Below are positions 36,867-49,751 of a stretch of 64,000 nt of DNA, one piece after another. Under the pieces are notes generated by a model. It was not told the DNA's origin. It was given only the letters and a program-made list of their open reading frames with translations, and made no database searches. Made by a program: the position numbers and the translations under genes. This DNA comes from Paraphysomonas bandaiensis. Its lineage: Eukaryota; Protista; Chrysophyceae. The first letter of the stretch is position 1. Every line of letters starts with the position of its first letter. The stretch is taken from contig CBFFRP010000015.1 of the NCBI GenBank assembly GCA_965644295.1, positions 1 through 64,000 on the forward strand, given 5' to 3'.

Positions 36867-38503
36867 TTCTTATATATGTGATATAATGAGTTCTATATAT
36901 ATGGTATGATGAGGGGATGTTATCACTCGAGGTTTACGTGATATTTCATAACTAACAGTTCCAATCGAATGAATGGACCCCTCATACGACTTTCTATTCA
37001 TTGGTTAATATTTTTATACAAGTGTTCTGAAGAAATGAATGGACACCGTACACCGGCTGTGTGTAGCCCGTATAATATTGAAATCACTGAACGATGACAT
37101 CTAGAATACGTACATACAGAGTGTGGGTATACGAGAAATCGAGCCATATGATTGGATGATATTTTCAGTTTGAATCGTTGGACTGAACTGCTTTCAGAGG
37201 GACTCATACAATGCACACTCGTCCTCAGCATATATATGACCACTTATATAATAAGGATATACTTGAATGTTTTGATTTAAGCATCATTACTAAACCCTTA
37301 CAGTATAGACCAGTCGAATTCTAATGTATATACTGGTGCAATGCAGGGTGATATCTACACTGAACCAACTAACGCAGATCAGGAGTGTAACAGGACTACA
37401 AGGATATCTTTTTATCACTGTATTCTCTTAAACACAATAGCTCATAGCAACTCTAACTTATACAGCCAACGATAGTAATAATTCGACACTTAACACATCT
37501 ACTGGAGGAATATATGTGTGCTAGATCAAATCGTTTTTTCATTGATTTAAGGTGAAACGACAGCTGTGGTACACAAAACTTTAAGTTTCCAAAGAAACTT
37601 TAATGAGAATTTGTGGTGGAGATTCCTGTAGAAAGTAAATTTTCCATACCAATAAGCTGATGTAAAAAGAAGTATACATGATGGAGTCCTAGATTTAATC
37701 ATAATTCCTTTTGAATTGAGTGAGTATTGACTATTTAACTTGATCCTTACATGATTAAAATGGGTCTGGCTGCTGCAATTCAGTGAGTCATCTGTCTAAA
37801 GGTATAACAATGACTGGTTATATGACCACACACAAATTCTTGTTAAGAAATTAATCTTATTTTCAATTTTTTTGAATTATGAGCTACGAATTTGTGGGAC
37901 TAAAGAATGGCCTTCATTTGTAATCAATTCCAATGGCCAATGGGAATATATTTTACAATTGTTGTAGAAAATACGTCTAATATATTTTATAGGAGCAATG
38001 ATATACAATATACATACGTACCTCTATACTTGATTATATCGAAAACAATAAAAAATGTCGGTCATCATAATAAATGGCAATGCTGTCAACAATGAACAGT
38101 GTAACACACACAACGATGGCAAAAAAAAATATTATCGCGGAATGTTAGATGATAAGAAATGAAATTGAAAACTTTGTTGTCGTCGTTGTGTGTGTGTACG
38201 TACACACACATTTGTACTTGTACTTAATTTTTGTGGCTACAACTAGTTAGAGTAAGACTGATTGTGTTTAGTGGTCCCTCATGAGTGACACATCTATGTG
38301 TAGTACGTTACTTAAACCATAAACGCGTGTTTGATTTGTTTACTCTTTTCCTTTGCGAATCATGACACGACTACGATTCCCAGGACGGTCTCACACTATG
38401 ACATGAACGTCTGGCCGGAGTTTTAACAATAAAAAACAAGTTAACAAAGATTCCAGCTTAATTAATGTACAGTGTATATTCTACATCATTCACGTAATTC
38501 GTA

Positions 38504-39121
38504 TTATTGGACGGATTTTAGTTGACTTGCATCTGATGGCTTACGAAGATACCGAAACGGAATAGTAAAGAACAGGAAAAATATTAAGGCCAATGATCTC
38601 TCCAGAATAAATAGAGCTATAAAGACGGATGCAAATACTCCTGTTAGCCTTAGGAATAATCTATACCAGCTTTCCGCATTTTCTGCGTACCCATCGTACA
38701 CTATTTGAGGAACTGCGGCGGCAAGAGATCTACCCAACACAGCAAGGTCGTCTCTAATACTCACTGATATCAAAGGTGGAATCAAAATGCCAATAACTAA
38801 CACAACTAGCGAATATAGAGCGCCTGTATATAAGTCAGTTGTAGAAAAAATATTCATGTGATACGTCAACTTACCAAATTTACTGCTCAGAAATCTCTCA
38901 CGCACAACACTCAATACGCCAAAATACAAGCGATATGCGATATAAACAACAGCAGGAAGAGATACAAACAAAATATCATTATAATATCTTGATAGGCTCC
39001 CATCAATTAAGACAAATGAGAAGTATGATTTAACTAAAGCCGATATACATACAATCACACATACAGCCGCTATTTCTAATAACACTCTGCTGTAAAATAA
39101 ATCCGTATTCTTAGATCCCAT
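38504..39121 (-). CDS. Hypothetical multi-pass membrane protein
   Basis: Intronless 205-aa ORF with about 4-5 hydrophobic segments. Confidence 0.6.
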   Translation of the reverse strand: MGSKNTDLFYSRVLLEIAAVCVIVCISALVKSYFSFVLIDGSLSRYYNDILFVSLPAVVYIAYRLYFGVLSVVRERFLSSKFGKLTYHMNIFSTTDLYTGALYSLVVLVIGILIPPLISVSIRDDLAVLGRSLAAAVPQIVYDGYAENAESWYRLFLRLTGVFASVFIALFILERSLALIFFLFFTIPFRYLRKPSDASQLKSVQ

Positions 39122-39703
39122 TTGCCTTTGCTACTGTTTGAATACTTGAAAGGGTTGAGAAGTAGACACCTATTGATAGAGGTGCTTGCTTACATATGGA
39201 TATATATATCTCCTATATATACATATACATACATAGCTATACTCTGTAGCTTAAACACACTCATATACAGCACAGCAGTATGCTGAGTATATAAAATGAG
39301 GGAGTTTTCGCTTTATTTTCTACTTTTTAATAATATAACGGGATATTTCGAAAAAATATTAGTTTATACCCTAATAAAAAAACTACCCATGGATGAGTAT
39401 CCTGAACAGTCGGATTCAGTTTTATTTCTATCACTGTGGCTGGTTGGCTTTATGGTGTATGTATATATATATGATGTACAGTATGTATATATCTGTATGT
39501 ATGTATGTGGGTATGTGTGTATGTATAGTCACCATCTATTAATAAAGTAAATACCACAACACACACATACATAAATCCATCGGCAATAAAGCCAAGAAAC
39601 TGTATTATTCAATCCCTGAATTGACAGTACTCTTTCTAGTCATCATCACATACATTCTGAGCACACAGTCATCTAAATACCCGTGCGGTGAAGTGCTATT
39701 AAC

Positions 39704-40129
39704 ATGTTTGCTAATGTATTTCGAGGCCTCACAGCCATCAATACATCGATACGAAAAACTATTAATTTAACACCATCTCTCACAGTCTTTACAAGAGGAA
39801 TGGCTAATCAACGCCATAAGAAAATGATTAAACTTGCAAAAGGTTATCGTAACAGGGCTAATAGATGTTTCACAGTAGCCAAACAACGTGTTCAGAAAGC
39901 ACGACTGTATGCTTATCATGACAGAAAAGTGAAGAAGAGAGAATTTCGTAAGTTATGGATTCAGCGCATCAATGCAGCCACAAGAATGTATGGAATGCCC
40001 TATAATATGTTCATAAATGGAATGTTGAAAAGTGATATTCGACTAAATCGAAAAGTTCTAGCGGATCTAGCGGTTTCGGAGCCACTAAGTTTTCGTTCAG
40101 TTGTTGAAGTAGTTAAGAATCCACAGTAG
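39704..40129 (+). CDS. MRPL20: Mitochondrial ribosomal protein bL20m
   Basis: [49 protein letters not shown], preceded by an N-terminal presequence. Confidence 0.95.
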   Translation: MFANVFRGLTAINTSIRKTINLTPSLTVFTRGMANQRHKKMIKLAKGYRNRANRCFTVAKQRVQKARLYAYHDRKVKKREFRKLWIQRINAATRMYGMPYNMFINGMLKSDIRLNRKVLADLAVSEPLSFRSVVEVVKNPQ

Positions 40130-40179
40130 ACAGCGATATGCATGAGACTTTGGGCTGATGTAGGTAGAGGCACTTCTGA

Positions 40180-40373
40180 ACCGATTCCGCGTTCTGTTGG
40201 TGTTTGCCCTTGTTGGTAATATAATGAGATAATCTGTAAACTACGGAGTTTGTGTGAGTGCAAACTATTGCTCAAGATATCTATGTAAGTTCGCATCGTA
40301 GGGGTAAGAACTACTATTTCCATCAAGATATAATGTAGAATCAATGGCATCATACTAAGTGATGGAACGCTAT
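40180..40373. repeat. 194-bp target-site duplication, left copy (right copy 41466-41659)
   Basis: The two copies are identical except for one A/G difference and flank the LINE fragment exactly. Confidence 0.95.
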
Positions 40374-41465
40374 ATTGAATGTCTTTTTATTTAGCAATAG
40401 GCGTTAAAAACTCGTTCCGATATAGTGACTAGTTGAATGCTAGATCTACTAGTTAGACCTCTACCCATAACTAATCAGCACAAATTCTATTATCCTACTA
40501 TTTAACGCTACAGAAGCTGCTTGTGCGTCGCCGCAAGCACCAAGGTGCAACCACTTCCGTTCTTGTTGTTGTGTGTGAGTTCGCCCTGCTCGTGTGTCTG
40601 AGGACTCACTGGCGCTTGTTGTCCGGGGGTCTCCCCTTGGGATAAGGTTCCGCCTGGCTCTGAGGTACCGGGTTCTGTATTAAGGTCCTGAGTGTACCGA
40701 GCACTAGAGGTGTGTTTTGAAAGGTTGATGGTGTGGTGGAGTGCAGCGGTGTCACCATGCACCGTCTGGGCGTTGGGCATAGGAGGAGTTGCCGGAGACG
40801 TCGTCGCCGTTGTCTAGGGCCTGTTGGTTTCACACGGTCCGGTGCTATGGTCCTTTGTGTATGGTTGGGAGGGTTCATAGGTGCGGTGGGTGGTGTTTCA
40901 GTCTTGGTTCGTCTGTGGATTCCTAGTAGTCTTAGCACCCTTGGGCGTTTCCGTTTCTGTCTTTTTTGTGGACTCGGCCGCTGTCGTAGCCTTGGGGGAC
41001 CTTTCCGTAGGGTCAGGTATCTTCTACTTCGATCTTGGATCATGAGCTTTGCTGCAGCGAAAAGCGGTAGAAGTAATTTGATGATCGCTGATTCGATGCT
41101 GCGCAGTCCTTGGGATGTCAGTGACTCATGGATGTGATCTCCAAAAACCATTTCAAGCTGTGTAGTTGTGATGGTACCCGTCCAGAATCTCTCCACCTGT
41201 GGCACGGAAGGGTTCCAGGCCCTGCTGGAGAGTCGCTGCAGTACAGTGGTGGTCCATTGGGGTAGTTCCGGATTTCTCATTTCTTCTAGGAGCGCGTTTT
41301 TGTGGCTGTGAAATGCAGACTCCCTTATCTGCGTTATGGTGTCGTTTGTACAGTCTAAACACATATGCTTGAGTGCGATACGGCCGTCGTTCCCCAGTTA
41401 GGCCCCAGTGCCATAAACCCTCGGTAAGTATTCTCTCGATGGCTTGGTCCACTTCTATGTTACAG
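40374..41465 (-). mobile_element. 5'-truncated, internally deleted copy of a sister LINE subfamily
   Basis: ORF 40606-41364 aligns with the C-terminus of 15907-19341 (HMCLDC, SSRAWNPS, PKGRPPD) and has the same 3' UTR. GLWHW..RRPY is joined directly to LKHMCLDC at ~41373. Confidence 0.92.
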
Positions 41466-41649
41466 ACCGATTCCGCGTTCTGTTGGTGTTTGCCCTTGTT
41501 GGTAATATAATGAGATAATCTGTAAACTACGGAGTTTGTGTGAGTGCAAACTATTGCTCAAGATATCTATGTAAGTTCGCATCGTAGGGGTAAGAACTAC
41601 TATTTCCATCAAGATGTAATGTAGAATCAATGGCATCATACTAAGTGAT

Positions 41650-41697
41650 GGAACGCTATCTAACAATAGTATTGCAATATATTGTTCCCTATCCCTG
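41650..41697 (-). mobile_element. Solo terminus of hAT-like family A
   Basis: Reverse complement CAGGGATAGGGAACAATATATTGCAATACTATTGTTAGATAG matches 4955-4997. Confidence 0.7.
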
Positions 41698-41877
41698 CTA
41701 AGTGAGGCGTATTTCGTAGTATATTCCAAATTATTTCTAAGCCATGGGATTCTCATAGAGGTTTTGTATTTAAACTGTCCAAATCTAATGCACCCGAGTA
41801 ATGGCATATATAACTACTATGCAGATACACTGTACAATAGATAACTTTACTACGCACTCGATTTTTTATCCATCGTC

Positions 41878-42322
41878 ATAGTAGTATAGTAGTTAGTAGT
41901 TGCTTAGTAGTGAATGTCTGATTATTAGTAATACGCGTGTAAATATCAGAACTAATGTAGAAAAACAAGTTAACCAACTAGGTCTTAACTTTGATTCACT
42001 ACTATTTTGCGTTACTAAAGCTGCGTCAACGCAAGTACCAAGCTGCAATCACTTTCGCTCTCTGTCCTTAAGCTGAACAGCCCAGATGCTTGACTTTAGT
42101 GAATTCAGTAGGCAGTCCTATACACCGGATTCCCTTCAAATGGGCGCATTCCCGGATGTTTGAATTTAGCAGGCAGGCCAATACCCCGGATGCCTTTGAG
42201 GTGGGCTCATTCTCAGATGCCAAAGACGTCTACACAAGAGACACATATAAGTGTTCCTTGCATGGAGAAATATCCCCGGTACTTATCCCCCAGAACACCA
42301 CTTTGTGCGAGTCCGACTTTGT
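41878..42322 (-). mobile_element. Second, older copy of the SINE-like element
   Basis: Shares CCCGGATGC repeats, CCAAAGACGTCTACACAAG, CCCCCAGAACACCAC and GTGCGAGTCCGACTTTGT with 19600-19920, plus the LINE 3' end and an (ACT)n-like tail. Confidence 0.8.
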
Positions 42323-42467
42323 GGTAAATCAAAGTATTTTTTCTACTCAATGCAGCTACATAAAGAAATAACATTTAGACTAGAGTCACTAGATTATATG
42401 CAGCTACATATATACTTTCACGGTAGAAATATGAGCGTTCTATTAAGCCCGATTTAACAGGTTGTAG

Positions 42468-42539
42468 TCAATTACAGTTGCAATTATTACTTGCTGTTTC
42501 AATTTCAATTAATTGACAGTTAATTGATACGTAGCCCTG
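42468..42539 (-). mobile_element. Solo terminus of hAT-like family B
   Basis: TTAATTGATACGTAGCCCTG is the reverse complement of the 20510 terminus, with CAATT subterminal repeats. Confidence 0.6.
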
Positions 42540-42860
42540 CAATTCAAGTAAAATGAAGTATTAGGGTTCAGCTTAATACACGACAGTATCTCTGAGCTAT
42601 AATGTTCAATAAAATATATCATGAGCTGAATTAGAGAGAGTATATGTTGTTATTATCATAACGATCGTTATTATCAGTTACACTTCTAACTATTCCGTTG
42701 TGCATGATAGTTATGTTTTATATTGTTATTCAAAGTTCTCACTTTACTGTGTTCATCACAACATTGTTTTACTATATTACCAAGATCAATTCTTTATTAG
42801 AAGCATTTTTGAGACTATTTAGGAATATAACATATAAATGTGTTGCCGTACTTCATGCTA

Positions 42861-43225
42861 TAGTTATATTTAACAACGGGCAATAAGGAGGCTATATCGT
42901 CCCGCGCTCAAAGCCCGAGTTTTAAATTTTAGTCAAGGGACGATACTCCTTATCCCTAGGTTAAATTGTAGCTTGTATCCTCATGACGTTAAAAAGTTGA
43001 TATTAGATTGTATAGCTATTTGTAGCATGCTTGGCTCATGATTGTGGTTTCTCTATTCTCTACAATTGTGTGGACTATAATGAAATCACGTACATTCGAC
43101 TGTCATTATCATAATGAAGATAAAAGTGAGCTTCTGTTCAACCGAATATTGAAGTTGAATGTCTATATTTTCCCGGTGCTGATATGAGCGCCCTGTTGAG
43201 CCCAAATCAGGTCAAAAAAAAGCAT
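42861..43225 (-). mobile_element. Internally deleted copy of the palindromic (Crypton-like) element
   Basis: Reverse complement of 51772-51957 plus 52408-52599, joined at a CAA microhomology (~43031). Confidence 0.75.
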
Positions 43226-43793
43226 ATTTAGAGAGAAAATGGGGATAAGTAAATAATTATTACTGGATATTATTGTAAGGGTCCCTATCTAGGGGGATAA
43301 CTATCTGTTATTGTTCGTAACATACTGCGGGAGGAGCTACTGTGTTATAAGCCAAAACACAGCAACAAAACCGATATATATTATTATTATGCGACACGAA
43401 ATTTATTTGCCTAATAATGTGTTTCTTCGTCTTCGTCTACAACAACTTCAGGTATTTATCACCATACTATCACACTGGCAGTAGGACAGAAACGATCAAA
43501 ATCATTGTCAACATATCATCACATAACACCACAAAGTACTTCGAATAATAATTATCGTAATCAATATAAGAACCAGAACCGTTGTCTTGCATAATTGACT
43601 GCAAACAACGGCGACCATGTGCAGGGGCACATTTTGTGCTCGCACAAGCGGGGGCATATATGCTGTAGTTCCATCGACGACAAAGTTAAATGCACTCACA
43701 TACAAATATATCTTATCATGCACATATATAGCTACCTCCATTAGGTAGGTCGCGTTGAAGATTCGAGAAAAACCAATAAATAAATTGTAGAAA

Positions 43794-45339
43794 TCAGAAC
43801 ATTCCATTGTAACGCTCTTGCCAGTTGCCAAACCCAACCGATGGCTTAGGGTTTGACTGGGTGGCAGTTTGATGGAGAGGTGTACGCAAGCGGGGGTCAG
43901 TTGTTCGATCCCTTGTTCTGGGTAAATAGTTAAGGATGCCAGCATTCTCCTGAGAAGAAGATCTGTGAAGCATATGGCTATGGGAGTGAGGGTGCATTTT
44001 CCCAGTTGCGCCTCTCTCTCCTGTATAGGCCCAAGACGGCACCGGAGATTTATCATCCTCAGCAAGGTCTAACCACATTTTACTCTGGTAATGTTGCTTG
44101 TGGTCATTGGACCGAGGAGGAGGGGAGCTGCGACGCAGATCATGATGGGGTGCAGTCATTCCACGACTCTCAAGCTCCAACGATGCAGCCTGAGCAGGAT
44201 TTATTTTCTGCATCCAGATGCGTGTTTTAAATAATGCAAAAAGGTCACGCACAAGCTCACGGAAATCAGTGTGCCTAAAATGTAGAACAACGTGTTAGAA
44301 ATCCAGCTCGTTTAAGCACGTAATAGCACTCACTTTTCAGAGGTAAAAAGAAAGGTCAGCTTGCGACGGTCAAACTGATACTCGGCATCCAATACATTGA
44401 TGTTCATATGGCGCCTAGCTGCTAGTTCACGACATATATCCAGCGCACGCCACTCGTCGCCCACCTTGGAGAGAAGATAGGCTTTTTCATCCTCGGTGGC
44501 CAGGGCAAGAACGCGACGTCTCGGGACATCATGGAAAGGATAACTAGCAGAGTTAGACGGCGATATAATTTTAGATACAACTCCCAAATCATGTCCACGA
44601 TCTGCCTCCACCTTCACAAAATCCCCAGCACGAAACGCAGGAGAATTACCGTTAAGACTTTCACAAAAAAACATGTCCTTCGTGCGTTTAAAGTGTACCT
44701 GTAAAAAATCCGCTAAGGCATTTTATTCCAAAAACTTCAACACGAACCTCATAGACATCCGGTAGTGCGAACATCTGGTTATCGCTATAAGCAGACTGTG
44801 TACCACAGACCTCTAATGCGTACGCTTCTCTGTCATAAACAGCGGAAGTTGTGTGGGGGTACATTCCAGAGGTCTCTCCCTGAGACTTTAGAATATGATT
44901 GTATCCTTCACCAAATGGCAACTCAAGTGAATCGCACTCGGAGTGACCTGGCCACATCGACTCGGTATGTGTCTGTTATCCATACAATGAGACGAATGAT
45001 ATATACACACATGATACAGACACTACCATATATACATTGCGTACATATAATTTATTGATATACATAGAGCCTCCATACATACACATACATCCTCCATATA
45101 GAGGGGTATATATGTACCTGTTGTGTTTCATCCATATTAAAATATTCATTCGAATCGTCCACAGACACCCAACTGCGCCTCCTAGCGGACGGACTGGCTA
45201 ATGGAGGGTCTTCATTATTGGAAACTGGAACCTCAATGGATGGACAAGATGACCTACGCCGGGGGTTAATAGCAGTGTCTAGATTAGTCGCATTGGCCTC
45301 TTTATAGACGCCCCCACCACTTTCAAATGAAGAAAACAT
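43794..45339 (-). CDS. PSP1 C-terminal domain protein
   Basis: VKVEADRGHDLG, RRVLALA, DAEYQFDRRKLTF, DFRELVRDLFALFKTRIWMQ; multi-exon. Confidence 0.88.
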
Positions 45340-46851
45340 ATCTATAAATACAAGATTTAATCACTTCCTCTACTGGAATAAGTCAAGTGGTGTGTGAGGG
45401 GTCTGTGATGAACGAAATGAATATATAGCAATAATCAAACCTAACTGATTATGTATGTTACGAAAATTTTCATATATAACCCAAAAAGTGTATAATGTGA
45501 ACCATATCTTCAAAACAGAAGAAAGTATCCCGTATCTTGAAGAGGCAGACCGTATTTCAATGTGTGGGACAAGGGAATGGAGGGATATTGTCGTACCAGT
45601 TTCACTTTTGTTATATAAAAAACCTGTTTCTTTAGAAAGTACTGGTTTTTGAGAAAAGTACCAAGTATTGTTTTTTCAGCAATCCCAATTCTCAGTTTTT
45701 GGAAAGGACTCTATAACTCTACTGTGGTATAGTCGGCTTTAATGCAATGCAAGGCAGCTATCGTTGGGTAAATGCAAGACAAGGAAAGTGTTGTGAAGAT
45801 GTTCTCTTCATTGTAGAGTATGAGCTGATCTTATGTAATAATGCATCACATAGTGTGGTGGATATGTTTACTACGATGGCATTAGCTAGTTATGTTGCTG
45901 TGGTGTCTCCAGTCCAGTATATATCGACTTGCGGGTTGTGAAAGTGCCTTGCGGCCTTGGAGATTTTGGTGAGGGTGGAGTAAACCATGGGAAAGGGAAC
46001 CGTGTGTTCTTGACTTTTCCTACGTTGGTTTGATGTTTGGGGTGCAGATATGTAAATATGCAGTCCTCGGTTAGGGCATATCGGAATAGAAATACAATAA
46101 TATCCGTTCACAGTTAAAAGGCACGAAACCTGTTTTTCGCATTATACTAATTTCTTATCAGTGTTTAAAAATTATTGTTCTATTATAATTTATAATATAC
46201 TTTATTGTATAAATCCTTGTGTACACCAGCTACATTAAATTGTTGTAAGTTATTTTTGTTGTCTCTGATCTACATATAATACACTACTTACTATGAAATT
46301 ATTTAAGCTGTAAACTAATACCAGAGTTGTTATCATGCATTTCTTAAAGAATGTCCTACCCAGCTACCCAGGCCTCGCTCAGGCTGAATGCATGCTGTAA
46401 AATTGTGTGAGCCTTCTGCCTGGTAGCGTAAGCATGTATATGTTGTAGCATACCTATACCGTTATATTGAATATATCAGGGATAGAATTTATTTCGTCAT
46501 TTCACGTATATATGGAGAACATTCTAATTCTTTCTTTATAACTGTATATTATAGGGAACATAAACATCAACGTACCACTCGTAAACCATCCACTATATTA
46601 TGCTAATTCAGGTTGTATTACCCCCATGTAATACACGTCAAGACAGTCCAAAGTCCAAAGAAACCCGAACATTCCTTTATTATGTATATATAATTACGGA
46701 ATATTTAGACAGTGACGCCATGAATGATCACATACTAACCACTTTAAATGGTTATTCACGACATAGTACAGAAAAATTGCTATCTATAACATGACTACAT
46801 AAGTTCAGCAGAGCGACCTAGAGATTTTATTCAAAACTTAACACAGGTTCG

Positions 46852-48581
46852 TCACCAGCCTACCGTGGCAGGATCGAAACCGTCCGCTGCCATTTTGTGT
46901 TTGACTTGTTCCTGTGAAAGCCCAATGTTTAGCAGCTTCTGGTATTGAGGAGGAATAGCGGTAGCTGAAGACGTCATTGGGGATACAGTAGTCTCTACAA
47001 CCGTACTACTGTTGGTATCCTCTGTAGATGTCGCTGCGGGAGGCGGAGGTGGGGGTGGTGGAGGAGGAGCAGGTGAAGAGGACGTCTGAGAAGGGTCAGG
47101 TGAAGGTGTCTGAGAAGGTGCAGGTGGGGTGGAGGATGTTTGAGAAGACTGTCCAGCAGATTGCCTTCGACTAAGCCTAGCTGGTCGTCCACCCTCTCCT
47201 GGAACTGCTAGAGAAGATGACGAATGTCGTCTGCCAGATTTAATTCTACGCTTCACAACCGTGTCCTCTAAACCAGCAGCCTCTTCCGCATCCTTGACAG
47301 TCTGCTCTCTTTCCTGATCTCTCGCACTCGTGACGCGCTCAATTCCTTCACGAACTTTGCGTCGATACTCCACAGCAGTGGCCATCGATGATTTAATCAG
47401 TCCTTTTTCAACACTCTGAAACTTCAGTCGTTGAGGGGGGCAGGGGAGTTCAACACCTTGGAAATAGGGGTGACTCAGCAGGCTCTCAACAGTAGCACTA
47501 CCCTCCGAAAATATGCTCCGGAGAATAGAACGCACAGGTTCCATTTCTGAACCAGATAGTCCAGATCGTTCACAAAAGTCATCTCGCACTTCTGACAAGA
47601 AGGATTTCGTGTGGAACGATGAACCCGTCACCATCTCCAGTAACACCAATCCTAGCACAAATGATGAAGTGTACATTCACTGAAGCAAGATACTTACCGA
47701 ATAGTAGCACATCTACCTCACAACAAGAGCCGCCTTCCTGATTCATCTGTTGTACTTCAAGAGACATCAACATTTCGCACACATCTAGCGGCATGCCAGA
47801 GCCAAGAAGCGTGAGCTCCAATTCAGAGATACGGGCCAAACCACCAGAGTCTATCATGACATTGCTTGTCTTAAGACAATCACATATTATGCCTTTAGCA
47901 TTAAGGGCACTAAGAGCTTCCAGTATCTGACGACCAATACTCCGTACTGCCTTCTGCTTGAGGGGACGTCCATTCTCTTTGCGATACTTATCTGCATAAG
48001 GGGTCTTAGGGCTCTGTTTGCCGTGAATCACATCTTTAAGTGACCCCTTCTCGCAGAACTTTCTTATTACAATAAGAATATGTCTGTCTTTGATATAATC
48101 TGCATCCTCACAAGATAATATATACGGATTCGCCATACCACATATGAGATTAGCAAACACATCCATAGTCGTTGAGTTGGATAATGAGAGTGGAAAGTCC
48201 TTAATATTAGTCATGGATAGCACCATAGGGACCCTATGAGAGGTCTCTGTATCAATTCCTTTAACAAGAAAATGCCATTTTAATTGACGTGATCCAATGT
48301 GTACAAGTGCCTCATTCTGCCATGTAAATGGTGAATCTTTACAGTAATTTGAGGCTAATAAGATAGCATCTGTGTCGGATAGAATGCCCTCACTAATAGA
48401 CTGATATTCAGGGGGTACGTATGGGAGAAGAGGGGGGGCTTTAGAGGCTGTTGACTCGATGCCATTTGTGTTAGCTGTGGAGTATGTAAATGACTGATAC
48501 TTATCTCCTCTCCTGTTAATAGAATGAAATGATCGGTTAAAGTAGGTATGTATGTACTTACTTGCTCATACAGCACCCCAT
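46852..48581 (-). CDS. Dually acylated Slob/PXK-like pseudokinase with polyproline and a CCDC53/WASHC3-like C-terminal motif
   Basis: Micro-exon ATGGGGTGCTGTATGAGCAA (MGCCMSK) at 48581 splices in frame into the main exon. Motifs RKFCEKGSLKDVIH..PYADKY and CDCLKTSNVMI/ISELE; P-run; YQKLLNIGLSQEQVKHKMAADGFDP. Confidence 0.75.
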
Positions 48582-48675
48582 AGTTAGATGATGGATGACT
48601 GGCTGGTGCTTACTGGGCAGATATACTGTCGAAGTCGAAGTCACAGTTAGTGAAGAGAGAGATGGTGACACTCTT

Positions 48676-49569
48676 GTATGTATGTATGTATGTATGTATG
48701 TATGTATGTATGTATGTATGTATGTATGTATGTATGTATGTATGTATGTATGTATGTATGTATGTATGTATGTATGTATGTATGTATGTATGTATGTATG
48801 TATGTATGTATGTATGTATGTATGTATGTATGTATGTATGTATGTATGTATGTATGTATGTATGTATGTATGTATGTATGTATGTATGTATGTATGTATG
48901 TATGTATGTATGTTTGTATGTATGTATGTATGTATGTATGTATGTATGTATGTATGTATGTATGTATGTATGTATGTATGTATGTATGTATGTGTATGTA
49001 TGTATGTATGTATGTATGTATGTATGTATGTATGTATGTATGTATGTATGTATGTATGTATGTATGTATGTATGTATGTATGTATGTATGTATGTATGTA
49101 TTTATGTATGTATGTATGTATGTATGTATGTATGTATGTATGTATGTATGTATGTATGTATGTATGTATGTATGTATGTATGTATGTATGTATGTATGTA
49201 TGTATGTATGTATGTATGTATGTATGTATGTATGTATGTATGTATGTATGTATGATTGTATGTATGTATGTATGTATGTATGTATGTATGCATGTATGTA
49301 TGTATGTATGTATGTATGTATGTATGTATGTATGTATGTATGTATGTATGTATGTATGATTGTATGTATGTATGTATGATTGTATGTATGTATGTATGTA
49401 TGTATGTATGTATGTATGTATGTATGTATGTATGTATGTATGTATGTATGTATGTATGTATGTATGTATGTATGTATGTATGTATGTATGTATGTATGTA
49501 TGTATGTATGTATGTATGTATGTATGTATGTATGTATGTATGTATGTATGTATGTATGTATGTATGTAT
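48676..49569. repeat. (TATG)n microsatellite, ~890 bp
   Basis: Directly visible. Confidence 0.99.
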
Positions 49570-49751
49570 CAGTACAGTATATGTACCTATAAACTACAGC
49601 GTATGTATTAATAATGCGATAAGGTAGTTGTCTGGGCCGTATTTCACGGTATTCGGTATTCGGTATTCTGTATTCGGTATTTGTGCCACATCTGTCATAG
49701 AACACCCCCACATCATACCACTCACATCCAGGCCCAGCAAGCTGGATCTAT

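Noticed and set aside
36870-38500. Genes or ncRNAs in this gap and in 56280-57960 and 59000-60290
   Set aside because: Only short ORFs; no tRNA, rRNA or snRNA signature recognisable by eye; probably decayed repeats. A covariance-model search would be needed to exclude ncRNAs.
40180-41659. LTR pair around a retroelement
   Set aside because: No TG..CA ends or PBS/PPT; the repeat is absent from the other LINE copy and is continuous with host flanking DNA, so it is a TSD.
49645-49682. (GGTATTC)x5 heptamer as a telomeric repeat
   Set aside because: Only five internal copies beside a microsatellite, with no other telomere evidence.
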